Shown piece by piece: positions 1 through 10,469 of a stretch of 12,009 nucleotides of DNA. Under the pieces are notes generated by a model. That model saw nothing but the letters and a program-made list of their open reading frames with translations, was not told the DNA's origin and searched no databases. Position 1 is the first letter of the stretch; each line of letters begins with the position of its first letter. A program made the translations under genes and the position numbers. Source of the DNA: Candidatus Asgardarchaeum abyssi (GTDB lineage: Archaea > Asgardarchaeota > Asgardarchaeia > Asgardarchaeales > Asgardarchaeaceae); NCBI GenBank assembly GCA_040225955.1, contig JBECUL010000060.1:1-12009 (forward strand), in the 5' to 3' direction.

Positions 1-838
1 TCCTCATCAAGTAGGCAGAAAAATTGCTGTTACAACAAGATTTAGAGTAGATATTAAACAAAATACAACTTATATGTAATTTTTTGTATCTATCTTTCAT
101 CTTAGGGGTCTTTAATAAGGCTAAGAGATTCTTCTTCGGACTTCCAGATCTTGTAGCTAACCCAATTCTTGCTATATTTTCTTTTAATGGAATTACCCAA
201 GCAAAAAAGCCATCTGCAAAACGTCTATCAAAATGTAACTCTACAAACTCTTCTTCAACACTAAATTTTTTAACTTCTACTTGATATGCAGGCAATACAT
301 CAACTTTTTCAGATACTCCAAATTTTTTCCTTACTGTTCCACTCCATCCTTCTGCATCGATTACAAGTGGATATTTTTTATTAAGATGCTTTTTATTCCT
401 TTTATCATAAACGTTAAGTAATACCTCTTTATCCTCTGTAACGTAATGAGCCGCAATAACACGATAATTATATTTAATGAAATAACCTCTTTTTTCAATA
501 ATATTAGCTAGGTATTTATCAAACCTATATCTATCTATTACCACAGCTTGATAGTTTTTTGAACAAACTCTAAAATTCAATCCATTAGGAGAGAAAAAAA
601 TAGCGCCTTTGACTTTATTTTGTATGAACTTTGAAGCAGATTTTCTTGAAATATCAATCCCCAACTTTTTAAATCCATTAATACTAATTAATCCAGCACA
701 ATGAAGTGGCAATCCAACTTCACTGTGTTCCTCAAAAATTTCAAGTTCTAATCCTCTCTTAGCAAGCTCTAATGCAGAAAAGAGACCTGAGGGACCTGCT
801 CCAATAATTGCGATATTTGAGGACATATTTTTTATCAT
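1..838 (-). CDS. Geranylgeranyl reductase family NAD(P)/FAD-dependent oxidoreductase (3' end outside the window)
   Basis: Not in the ORF track because it has no stop in the window. Manual translation from ATG 838 (GGTGA RBS upstream; alternative ATG 826) gives MIKNMSSNIAIIGAGPSGLFSALELAKRG (Rossmann GxGxxG), FEEHSEVGLPLHCAGLIS, IDRYRFDKYLA, VIDAEG and FFAWVIP...ARIGL, all typical of the GGR family. The frame is open to base 2. Confidence 0.85.
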   Translation of the reverse strand, partial: MIKNMSSNIAIIGAGPSGLFSALELAKRGLELEIFEEHSEVGLPLHCAGLISINGFKKLGIDISRKSASKFIQNKVKGAIFFSPNGLNFRVCSKNYQAVVIDRYRFDKYLANIIEKRGYFIKYNYRVIAAHYVTEDKEVLLNVYDKRNKKHLNKKYPLVIDAEGWSGTVRKKFGVSEKVDVLPAYQVEVKKFSVEEEFVELHFDRRFADGFFAWVIPLKENIARIGLATRSGSPKKNLLALLKTPKMKDRYKKLHISCILFNIYSKSCCNSNFSAYLMR

Positions 839-874
839 ATTTGTCACCAATATTTTTGATCTACGGTGATATAT

Positions 875-1237
875 ATGGATTCAGTATCCTTTAAGCAAGT
901 AATTCTTGTCAGAACTGATATAAAAATGTCTATTGGTAAACTCGCAGCACAGGTAGCTCATGCTGCGGTTAGCTCAACTTTAAATTGTCAAAAGGCTCAT
1001 AAAGATTGGTTAGATAGTTGGCTAGAACAAGGACAAAAAAAGGTAGTCCTCAAGGTAAAGACCCTAGATGAACTAATTGAGATATGGAAAAAAGTCAAAA
1101 CTGCAGGACTCCCATGTAAATTAATCAAAGATGCAGGACTTACAGAGCTTCCTCCAGGAACTATTACTACTCTGGGCATAGGCCCTGCACCAGAGCAGAT
1201 CATTAATAAATATACCAGTCATTTACCTCTTTTATGA
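875..1237 (+). CDS. pth2: Peptidyl-tRNA hydrolase Pth2
   Basis: KQVILVRTDIKMSIGKLAAQVAHAA, GQKKVVLKV, IKDAGLTELPPGTITTLGIGP motifs. The GTG at 866 lies inside a GGTGAT RBS (865-870), so ATG 875 is the likelier start. Confidence 0.97.
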   Translation: MDSVSFKQVILVRTDIKMSIGKLAAQVAHAAVSSTLNCQKAHKDWLDSWLEQGQKKVVLKVKTLDELIEIWKKVKTAGLPCKLIKDAGLTELPPGTITTLGIGPAPEQIINKYTSHLPLL

Positions 1238-1247
1238 TGTGGTTCAA

Positions 1248-2594
1248 ATGAAAGTACATATATTAGAACAAATTCTTGGAATTAAAACTTACTTGACAAA
1301 AATAGAAGGCATTGGCGGCATTCTAAGAAAATATATAAGTGACTTCGTAGTGGATGAAATCTTGCTAAATCAAAAGCGAGCTAGCAGCTTAGGTAAATAT
1401 TCAGAAGAAAAAAAGAATGGTAATTACACGCATTTTGTCTTCAAAAAAGTAAATTGGGCTACGATTGAAGCTATTAAGTTCATTGCTCGAAAATTAAAGA
1501 TCAGCCATAAACGTTTCTCTTACGCTGGTAATAAAGATAAACGAGCTATAGCTTTCCAGGTTGGAAGTGTTTATAACGTCAAACCAAGTCTTCTTATAAG
1601 GAAATTTCATCCAAATCTAGAGGTTTTAAATGCATGGCTAGCGGATAAACCAATTCGCCTTGGTCAGTTATGGGGCAATTTTTTTAGGATCATAGTAAGA
1701 GATTTTCAAGATTCTTCAAATATTGAAGAACATTTACGATTTATTTACAACGAGCTCCAGTCATTGGGGGGTGTACCTAATTTTTTTGGACACCAAAGAT
1801 TTGGTGTCCAAAGACCAATAACACATATCGTAGGGAAGTATATTCTAAAAGGAGATTACGAAAAAGCTGTAAAAACTCTTTTGGGTGATGTTTTTGAGTT
1901 AGAAGGATCGGACGCTAAAGAGGCAAGGATATATTTAGTTGAATCTGGTTGGAATTATCGAAAGGCTATAAGTAAATTTCCGAATAGATTAAAAACTGAA
2001 ATTCGTTTAATGCAATATTTAATAAAGCATCCTGATGACTATTTAGGGGCTTTAAAATCTTTACCATTAACAATTTTTAAGATATTTATTCATGCTTATC
2101 AATCATATATTTTTAATGAGAGTCTTAGCTATCGTATCGCTGAAGGCTATCCTCTCAACATAGCTATTGAAGGTGATATAGTACTTCAAGTAGATGATTA
2201 TGGATTACCAATTTCATTTCCGTACATAGTAACTTCAAAAAACATAGAAAGGGTTAATGAATTAATTAGAAAAAGAAAACTTGTAATAGCACACCCAATA
2301 ATTGGTTACAAGAGTGTCCTACCTCAAAACAAAATTGGAGACTTTTATGAAAAAATGCTCATACATGAAAATGTTGATAAATCTAATTTTTTGTTCAAAG
2401 ATCTACCAGAACTCTCATCGAAAGGAACATATAGACAAATACTTGCGCCCATTTACTGGCAGAGCGAGCCAAAAATTATTGCAACAAATAATAACATTAA
2501 TTACATAGAATTTAATTTCTCACTTCAGAAATCTTCATATGCCACTATTGTAATGAGAGAATTTATGAAAACGCACCCAAGGAATTACGTATAG
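1248..2594 (+). CDS. truD: tRNA pseudouridine(13) synthase TruD/Pus7
   Basis: DFVVDE, YAGNKDKRA (catalytic Asp), GQLWGNFFRIIVR, PNFFGHQRFG, HAYQSYIFN and FSLQKSSYATIVMRE motifs. Start is ATG 1248 or GTG 1239, directly after pth2. Confidence 0.97.
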   Translation: MKVHILEQILGIKTYLTKIEGIGGILRKYISDFVVDEILLNQKRASSLGKYSEEKKNGNYTHFVFKKVNWATIEAIKFIARKLKISHKRFSYAGNKDKRAIAFQVGSVYNVKPSLLIRKFHPNLEVLNAWLADKPIRLGQLWGNFFRIIVRDFQDSSNIEEHLRFIYNELQSLGGVPNFFGHQRFGVQRPITHIVGKYILKGDYEKAVKTLLGDVFELEGSDAKEARIYLVESGWNYRKAISKFPNRLKTEIRLMQYLIKHPDDYLGALKSLPLTIFKIFIHAYQSYIFNESLSYRIAEGYPLNIAIEGDIVLQVDDYGLPISFPYIVTSKNIERVNELIRKRKLVIAHPIIGYKSVLPQNKIGDFYEKMLIHENVDKSNFLFKDLPELSSKGTYRQILAPIYWQSEPKIIATNNNINYIEFNFSLQKSSYATIVMREFMKTHPRNYV

Positions 2595-2599
2595 CCAAA

Positions 2600-2665
2600 T
2601 AAAAATAAATTGAAAAATAAAATTAGCTTTAGTTAAAGTAAAATTAAAAAAGAAAAAGCAAAATG
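2600..2665 (-). terminator. Oligo-T tracts, putative archaeal terminator for alba
   Basis: The minus strand after the alba stop reads TTTTGCTTTTTCTTTTTTAATTTT, followed by further T-runs. Confidence 0.5.
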
Positions 2666-2675
2666 TTGTTGTTAA

Positions 2676-2963
2676 TTATTTTTTCTGCTCTTCTCTCTCT
2701 AGGACAATTTCTATTGTACTAACATTCATTATCCTATTTCCTTCGCCTGTCACTTGTTCAGTATCTATTTTCACTTCTGCCACTTTAAAGTCGGGAATGA
2801 ATCGTTTTCTTACAAGTTCAGCTACATCAACAGCCCTGCTGATGGATCTTCCTCTTGCCTTTAAAGACACCTTCTTAGCTCCATTGTGGAAAAGAGTTAT
2901 ACAAGCCAATACATAAGCCATTAAGTTCTTTTTACCTATGTAGACCACGTTTTCTTCAGACAT
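2676..2963 (-). CDS. albA: DNA/RNA-binding chromatin protein Alba
   Basis: [27 protein letters not shown] and NVSTIEIVL signatures; 95 aa; AGGAGG RBS upstream. Confidence 0.98.
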   Translation of the reverse strand: MSEENVVYIGKKNLMAYVLACITLFHNGAKKVSLKARGRSISRAVDVAELVRKRFIPDFKVAEVKIDTEQVTGEGNRIMNVSTIEIVLEREEQKK

Positions 2964-3023
2964 TATGGATCCTCCTATAGCATTAATCTCTTAGATTTAG
3001 ATTCTGAAACTCCGTTAATTCAT

Positions 3024-3052
3024 AAGTAAAGAACTTTACTTTTAAAATTTTC
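3024..3052 (-). promoter_or_regulatory. Putative alba BRE/TATA promoter with overlapping 18-bp palindrome
   Basis: The minus strand reads GAAAA-TTTTAAAAG (3052-3039). The inverted repeat AAGTAAAG-AA-CTTTACTT spans 3024-3041. Confidence 0.45.
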
Positions 3053-3191
3053 TATTATAAACGAAATTTATCTTTCATTTATTCTTCAAACATCAAGTAA
3101 AATTTAATTAATGTAATATTTTGTAAAGCACAATGAATATTCTTTGTTAAATAATATAACATTTTTTAAGATGCATTTTGGAGGACTTTAA

Positions 3192-4337
3192 ATGAAACTT
3201 TATGAATACGAGGCAAAACAATTATTCATTGAAGAAGGTGTTTTGGTACCTCAAGGAGTTTTGGTGAAATCCGTAGAACAAGCGCTTGATGCTGTTAAGA
3301 AAATCAAATTCCCTCTTGTTCTCAAGGCGCAAGTACTTGTAGGCGGCCGTGGAAAGGCAGGAGGTATAAAAGTAGCTAACGATGAATATGAATTAAGGAA
3401 AATAGTAAGTGAGATGTTTTCTACGAAAATAAAAGGAGAGAGTGTAAATACTATTCTTATTGAAGAGAAAATAGATATAGAAAAGGAATTATACCTAAGT
3501 ATTACAGTGGATCGCTCTTCACGAAGTCCTGTAATACTATTTAGTGACATGGGAGGCATAGATATAGAGGAGATTGCAGAAAGATATCCAAATAAAATCA
3601 TTAAATGCTACATTGATCCATTAATTGGTATGAAAAACTATCATAAGCTTATGATTACTGATCACATAAACTTAACACAAAATGTAAAAAAACAAATTAC
3701 AAACATATTAGATATCCTGTGGAAAATTTTCAAAAAATACGATGCTGAACTTGTTGAAATAAATCCATTGGTGGTCACTAAAAACGGAAACGTAATTGCC
3801 GTGGATGCAAAGATTATAATCGATGACAATGCGTTATTCAGACAATTAAGATTCTCGAAGCTTATGGGGAGTGAAAGAGGTGAATATAATGAGAGAGAGA
3901 TAGCTGCAATGAAAGCTAATATGTCTTATGTAGAGCTTGATGGAAACATTGGTATTATTGGAAATGGTGCAGGTTTAGTAATGGCAACAATGGATGTCGT
4001 TAAATATTTTGGTGGCTCTCCTGCTAATTTTTTAGATGTTGGCGGTGGAGCTAGTGCTGAAAGAATGAGAAAAGCTCTAGAAATTATCAGTTCGCATCCA
4101 AACGTAAAAGCAATTTTCATCAATATTCTAGGTGGCATTACAAGGTGTGACGAAATGGCAAGAGGAATAATATCGGCTCTTGAAGAATTTAAAATAAAAA
4201 AACCCGTTGTAATTAGGTTGATTGGTACGAATGAAAGAGAGGGAAGAGAGATTCTTAACAATTATGGTATTCATGCTTTTGATAATATGGAAGAAGCTGC
4301 TAGAAAAGTGGTTGAGCTCGTTAGGGAGGAATTATAA
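3192..4337 (+). CDS. sucC: Succinate--CoA ligase (ADP-forming) beta subunit
   Basis: [25 protein letters not shown] (ATP-grasp), [27 protein letters not shown] and [10 protein letters not shown]; GGAGG RBS. Confidence 0.97.
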   Translation: MKLYEYEAKQLFIEEGVLVPQGVLVKSVEQALDAVKKIKFPLVLKAQVLVGGRGKAGGIKVANDEYELRKIVSEMFSTKIKGESVNTILIEEKIDIEKELYLSITVDRSSRSPVILFSDMGGIDIEEIAERYPNKIIKCYIDPLIGMKNYHKLMITDHINLTQNVKKQITNILDILWKIFKKYDAELVEINPLVVTKNGNVIAVDAKIIIDDNALFRQLRFSKLMGSERGEYNEREIAAMKANMSYVELDGNIGIIGNGAGLVMATMDVVKYFGGSPANFLDVGGGASAERMRKALEIISSHPNVKAIFINILGGITRCDEMARGIISALEEFKIKKPVVIRLIGTNEREGREILNNYGIHAFDNMEEAARKVVELVREEL

Positions 4338-5209
4338 TGGCAATTTTTATAGATTCTAATACAAAAGTTATTGTGCAAGGAATTACTGGACGGCAAGGTA
4401 CTTTCCATACCAAGCGAATGATTGAGTATGGAACAAAAGTTGTTGCTGGCGTGACACCAGGTAAGGGAGGACAAGAGGTACATGGAATTCCAGTTTATAA
4501 TACAGTTAAAGATGCTGTTGAAGATACGAATGCTACAGCATCTATAATTTTTGTCCCAGCTAAATATGCAATTGATGCCGTCTTAGAAGCCATAGATGCT
4601 AATTTAAATCCTATTGTAGTCATAACCGAGCATATCCCCATACATGATGCTATGCTTTTTGTTCGCTTAGCACGGCTAAAAGGAATATCTATCATTGGAC
4701 CAAATACGCCTGGAATAATTGCTCCTGAGCAAAGCCTAGTCGGAATAATGCCAGGACATATTTTCAAAAAAGGAAATATTGGAATTGTATCGAGAAGCGG
4801 CACACTTACTTATGAAATTGCTGATATACTAACACAAAATGGATTTGGGCAATCTACATCTATTGGAATAGGTGGCGATCCTATAACAGGACTCGATTTT
4901 ATTGACGTACTTAATAAATTTGAAAATGATCCAGAAACAGAAGCTATAGTTCTTATTGGTGAAATTGGCGGAGACTCTGAAGAAAGAGCTGCTAGTTATA
5001 TTAAGAAAAACATCAAAAAGCCTGTTGTGGCTTATATTGCAGGGCAAACAGCACCTCCTGGAAAACGAATGGGACATGCTGGTGCAATAATTAGTGGTCG
5101 TAGTGGAACCGCCCAAAGTAAAATAGAAGCATTTAAAAAAGTCGACGTTAAGGTGGCAACTTTACCTAGCCAGATCCCTAGTATTCTTAGTGAAATGCTA
5201 AAAAGATAA
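4337..5209 (+). CDS. sucD: Succinate--CoA ligase alpha subunit
   Basis: [43 protein letters not shown] and RMGHAGA (phospho-His). TAATG stop/start overlap with sucC plus GGAGGA RBS. Confidence 0.98.
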   Translation: MAIFIDSNTKVIVQGITGRQGTFHTKRMIEYGTKVVAGVTPGKGGQEVHGIPVYNTVKDAVEDTNATASIIFVPAKYAIDAVLEAIDANLNPIVVITEHIPIHDAMLFVRLARLKGISIIGPNTPGIIAPEQSLVGIMPGHIFKKGNIGIVSRSGTLTYEIADILTQNGFGQSTSIGIGGDPITGLDFIDVLNKFENDPETEAIVLIGEIGGDSEERAASYIKKNIKKPVVAYIAGQTAPPGKRMGHAGAIISGRSGTAQSKIEAFKKVDVKVATLPSQIPSILSEMLKR

Positions 5210-5213
5210 AGAT

Positions 5214-5450
5214 TTACTTTTCTTTGTCGTTTTTATATTTTTTAAGAGCTTCTCTCCCCTTGTCGGTAATAAAATAAAATGTATAACCGCCCCTTTTTAT
5301 CTCCTTAATAAAATTTTTATTTATAAGATTCTCTACACAGCTTAAAAATAACTTAATATTTAGCTTTGATCGTTTATATAACTCTCTTTGATGTATACCC
5401 CCATCAGAAAGGTCTGCTATAATACTCAAAACCTTAATCTCAGGATCCAT
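5214..5450 (-). CDS. Small winged helix-turn-helix protein, putative DNA-binding
   Basis: Helical N-terminus followed by LINKNFIKEIKRGGYTFYFITDKGREAL, the common wHTH wing pattern (Y.iT.kG). ATG 5450 is preceded by GTGAT; the ORF track start is TTG 5477. Confidence 0.75.
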   Translation of the reverse strand: MDPEIKVLSIIADLSDGGIHQRELYKRSKLNIKLFLSCVENLINKNFIKEIKRGGYTFYFITDKGREALKKYKNDKEK

Positions 5451-5508
5451 TGTTATCACGTATAAAGTATTTTCCAAATAGAAATAATAAAGTCAAAACT
5501 GTACTATA

Positions 5509-5772
5509 TTAATCTTCACCAACACCCATATAGCCTTGCCCAGGTTTTAGAATCTCGATTTTTCTCCTAGTTTTAGTTATATACGATACATGAATTAAGC
5601 CATCTATTTCTAATTTAAGTAGAGCTTTGTTTAATTCATTGGGGGATACATCACCATATACTCTCTCTAAAATGCTCATTAACTCATTATCTAATATTAT
5701 TCCTTTATGTTTCTCCAATATATCAAGGATTACAACAGTTAAAGGTAAGGATGGCCAATCTTTTGATGACAT
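5509..5772 (-). CDS. Small winged-helix protein immediately downstream of cdc48
   Basis: 87 aa, 10 bp after the cdc48 stop. ILDILEKHKG..LDNEL...SPNELNKALLKLEIDGLIHVS fits a wHTH pattern. Confidence 0.8.
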   Translation of the reverse strand: MSSKDWPSLPLTVVILDILEKHKGIILDNELMSILERVYGDVSPNELNKALLKLEIDGLIHVSYITKTRRKIEILKPGQGYMGVGED

Positions 5773-5782
5773 ATTATATCCC

Positions 5783-7978
<2,196 letters not shown>

Positions 7979-8033
7979 TCAAGAGTTAGATGTTAACAAT
8001 ATTTCAATTGTCATTTATATACTACAAACTTAT

Positions 8034-8047
8034 CAATATAAATTCTG
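8034..8047 (-). promoter_or_regulatory. Putative BRE/TATA for cdc48
   Basis: The minus strand reads CAGAA-TTTATATT about 65 nt upstream of the ATG, just after a T-rich tract that follows the EF-1beta stop. Confidence 0.35.
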
Positions 8048-8076
8048 TGGAAAAGAAAAAGTTTTTAGAAAAACAA

Positions 8077-8358
8077 TTAACCATACAAAGAAACAGCACC
8101 TATCTGTACGTCCTCGACATTTTCAATTTCTTTAATTAATTCTTCTAGCTCATCAGTACTCCCAATACTATGATCCATAATTACATTTAATTTTAATCTC
8201 TTCAATCCAAAGGCAACAGGTTCTATTTCATATTTTAGGACTTCATATTTTGGAGCTATCTTTTGCGTTATCTTCTCTTTAAGCTTCTCTAAATCAACAT
8301 TTATATCTACTGGCATTACATTGACTTGAACTAAAACTTTATTTGGCAGAAGAAACAC
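8077..8358 (-). CDS. ef1b: Translation elongation factor aEF-1beta
   Basis: KVLVQVNVMP..INVDLEKL, EPVAFGLKRLKL, GSTDELEE and VEDVQI; follows the zinc-finger gene as in many archaea. The true start may be CTG 8349 (see findings). Confidence 0.96.
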   Translation of the reverse strand: MFLLPNKVLVQVNVMPVDINVDLEKLKEKITQKIAPKYEVLKYEIEPVAFGLKRLKLNVIMDHSIGSTDELEELIKEIENVEDVQIGAVSLYG

Positions 8359-8361
8359 CTC

Positions 8362-8538
8362 CTATGGTCCTTCAAATTCGCAATTTGGGCACTTATATTT
8401 ATGCCCAAATGTTCTACATTTCTCACAACGCCAAATAGTATAAGCTCCACAATTAGGACATTCAAAATGTACAGCGGCCTCTGTTGGTGTTATTTTCCTT
8501 CCACAACTAGTACATACGGGAGTTTTTATGCTTGACAT
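8362..8538 (-). CDS. DUF1610/HVO_2753-family small zinc-finger protein
   Basis: Four CxxC motifs (CTSC, CPNC, CEKC, CPNC) and terminal FEGP. An AGGTGA RBS overlaps GTG 8550, so ATG 8538 is favoured. Confidence 0.93.
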   Translation of the reverse strand: MSSIKTPVCTSCGRKITPTEAAVHFECPNCGAYTIWRCEKCRTFGHKYKCPNCEFEGP

Positions 8539-8707
8539 TCCACTCATCACCTTCAGCAGAAATAAAAAAGACTCGGTTAAAAAATTTTCGTTTTTATGTT
8601 TTAAACTTCATCGAAAAATGATAAAATCATAATGTATATAGAGTCAATACATATTAATAGTCGGTTTTAATATTTAGTATGGCTTACTATCACTTTTGGT
8701 GAAAAAG

Positions 8708-9157
8708 ATGTCAAAAAGAGAAAAACGTGTACTTGTAGCTGGAACATTTGACATTATACATCCAGGCCATATCCATTTAATAAAAGAAGCGACAAAACTC
8801 GGTAAAGTTATTGTAATAGTAGCAAGAGATTCAACTGTTCGCAGAATTAAAGGAAGAGAACCAATAATCCCAGAAAGACAAAGATTAGAGGTAGTGAAAA
8901 ATATTAAAGGTGTATTCAAAGCGCGATTGGGCAATGAAGATAAGGATTTGTTAAAAGTCGTAGAAGAGGAAAAACCGGATATTATACTTCTTGGTCCAAA
9001 CCAAAACTTTAATGAAAAAGAAATAGAAGAGGAACTTAAAAGAAGAGGAATTAACGTAAAAGTTCTTAGATTAAAGAATGAACTAAAGGATTTCCCATTA
9101 CATAGTACAACAAAAATCGTTAAGAGAATTTTAGAGATTTTTAATAAGGAAAAATAA
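8708..9157 (+). CDS. ribL: FAD synthase (archaeal cytidylyltransferase-like nucleotidyltransferase)
   Basis: RVLVAGTFDIIHPGH (HxGH), VIVARD, PIIPERQRLEVV, PDIILLGPNQ and STTKI; GGTGA RBS before ATG 8708. Confidence 0.88.
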   Translation: MSKREKRVLVAGTFDIIHPGHIHLIKEATKLGKVIVIVARDSTVRRIKGREPIIPERQRLEVVKNIKGVFKARLGNEDKDLLKVVEEEKPDIILLGPNQNFNEKEIEEELKRRGINVKVLRLKNELKDFPLHSTTKIVKRILEIFNKEK

Positions 9158-9177
9158 GGATTTAATAGTTATGCTAT

Positions 9178-9837
9178 TTATTCTATTAACAATTTTCTAA
9201 CTTTTTTAGTTAACCTATCAGCGATATATAGGGGTTCTGGATACTTATGGTCATGAATAAGTTTTAAAACTAGCTCATATGACTGTTCCAGATCTATGAG
9301 ATGCCCAGGAGATATATATAAATATGGTTTTCCATTTTCAAACAAAGCTCTTCCAAGAATCTCTCCATTAAAAACAACATTTGCATACCCTTTTCCAGTA
9401 TCAATTAATTTTCCAACTAAACCCTTCTTTGCTACACCGATAGATGGTTTATTTAAAATTATACCAATATGAGATGCACAACCTATCTTGCGTGGATGAA
9501 GAATTCCATGAGCGTCTATTAAAAGTATATCAGGTGATATGGTGAGATGTTTGTAAGCTACTATTATAGGTTTTACCTCTCGAAATGCTAGAAATGTTGG
9601 AATGTATGGAAATTCTACCTTATCGCGGTATATACATATTTCAATAGGACTATTTTTTAGAATGTCCCACATAACAGCCACTACAAATGCTATAGAAGAC
9701 TTATATGATATATCAAAGGCGCATATATATCTTGATTTACTTACTAAAGGATTATATTTTATGACCACTTTCTTTGAGAGATAGTTTTGCGCTAAAATTA
9801 ATTTTTTAATGGTTATTTTCTTTCTCTTTTGTTTCAT
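9178..9837 (-). CDS. nfi: Endonuclease V (inosine-specific nuclease)
   Basis: AFDISY, FPYIPTFLAFRE (PYIP wedge plus catalytic Glu), LLIDAHGILHPRKIGCASHIG, PSIGVAK, YISPGH and PEPLYIAD. Confidence 0.96.
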   Translation of the reverse strand: MKQKRKKITIKKLILAQNYLSKKVVIKYNPLVSKSRYICAFDISYKSSIAFVVAVMWDILKNSPIEICIYRDKVEFPYIPTFLAFREVKPIIVAYKHLTISPDILLIDAHGILHPRKIGCASHIGIILNKPSIGVAKKGLVGKLIDTGKGYANVVFNGEILGRALFENGKPYLYISPGHLIDLEQSYELVLKLIHDHKYPEPLYIADRLTKKVRKLLIE

Positions 9838-10456
9838 TTTCTAACATTCCCATGGAACTAATTTTTATAGTCAATTCAGTAATTACCATATCCGAAAGGG
9901 TTCTATCTATTATTAATCTTGCAATGTCTTTTTTGTGCTTATATCCTGGAACTATGGAGTCCGGTATTTCAAGAGATGATAGATTATCATAAATAGATAT
10001 CATTATTTTTAGAAGATTCTTAGCTTCATCTATTCTCTTTTTATTTAACAGAATTAATATACGTCTTCGTAATTCGCCAATGAGATCGCTTAATCCCAAT
10101 AAATATGCAGAAAATGATACATTTAGTTCATCAGGAGACAGTATTGTGTTATTTACAACAACTGAATAAAATAATTCAGCTTCTACATATTCTTGGAGAA
10201 GATTAAGTAAAAAATTACTATATAGTAAATCATAATGTTCACTTAAAAGAGTATATATGTTCTTAATTAAATCTCTAAGTTTTGTTAAATTTTCCTCAGC
10301 CATAATCTTGTTATCATTATGCAAAGCATGTATTACTAAGGCCGCTAAGCGAATACCTTTCCTAATCAAGGGATAGACATTATCACGTACTTCACTTTTT
10401 TCATCAACGAACTTAGATACATTTTGAAATATTTTTTCAAGCTTATCAGTAAACAA
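9806..10456 (-). CDS. Translin/Trax (C3PO)-family RNase
   Basis: All-helical pattern with QEYVEA and YLLGLSDLIGELRR (Trax-type acidic catalytic residues) and YKHKKDIAR; TTG start with AGGTGAT RBS. Confidence 0.92.
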   Translation of the reverse strand: MFTDKLEKIFQNVSKFVDEKSEVRDNVYPLIRKGIRLAALVIHALHNDNKIMAEENLTKLRDLIKNIYTLLSEHYDLLYSNFLLNLLQEYVEAELFYSVVVNNTILSPDELNVSFSAYLLGLSDLIGELRRRILILLNKKRIDEAKNLLKIMISIYDNLSSLEIPDSIVPGYKHKKDIARLIIDRTLSDMVITELTIKISSMGMLENETKEKENNH

Positions 10457-10469
10457 TTATTATCACCTT

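Noticed and set aside
84-284. 66-aa plus-strand ORF
   Set aside because: Antisense shadow of the GGR-family gene; no motif or RBS.
997-1203. 68-aa minus-strand ORF
   Set aside because: Antisense shadow of pth2.
2302-2508. 68-aa alternative-frame ORF
   Set aside because: Nested out of frame in an intact truD; no recognisable features.
2595-3191. Intergenic regions as possible tRNA, ncRNA or CRISPR
   Set aside because: Very AT-rich, with no cloverleaf, GC-rich stems or regularly spaced repeats.
3251-5116. Five minus-strand ORFs of 70-116 aa
   Set aside because: All are antisense to sucC/sucD with shadow-like Ser/Ile/Phe- or Cys-rich composition.
7984-7998. GTTAGATGTTAACA upstream of cdc48 as a heat-shock repressor site
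   Set aside because: Only a half-match to the CTAAC-N5-GTTAG type motif, and short palindromes are expected by chance in AT-rich DNA.
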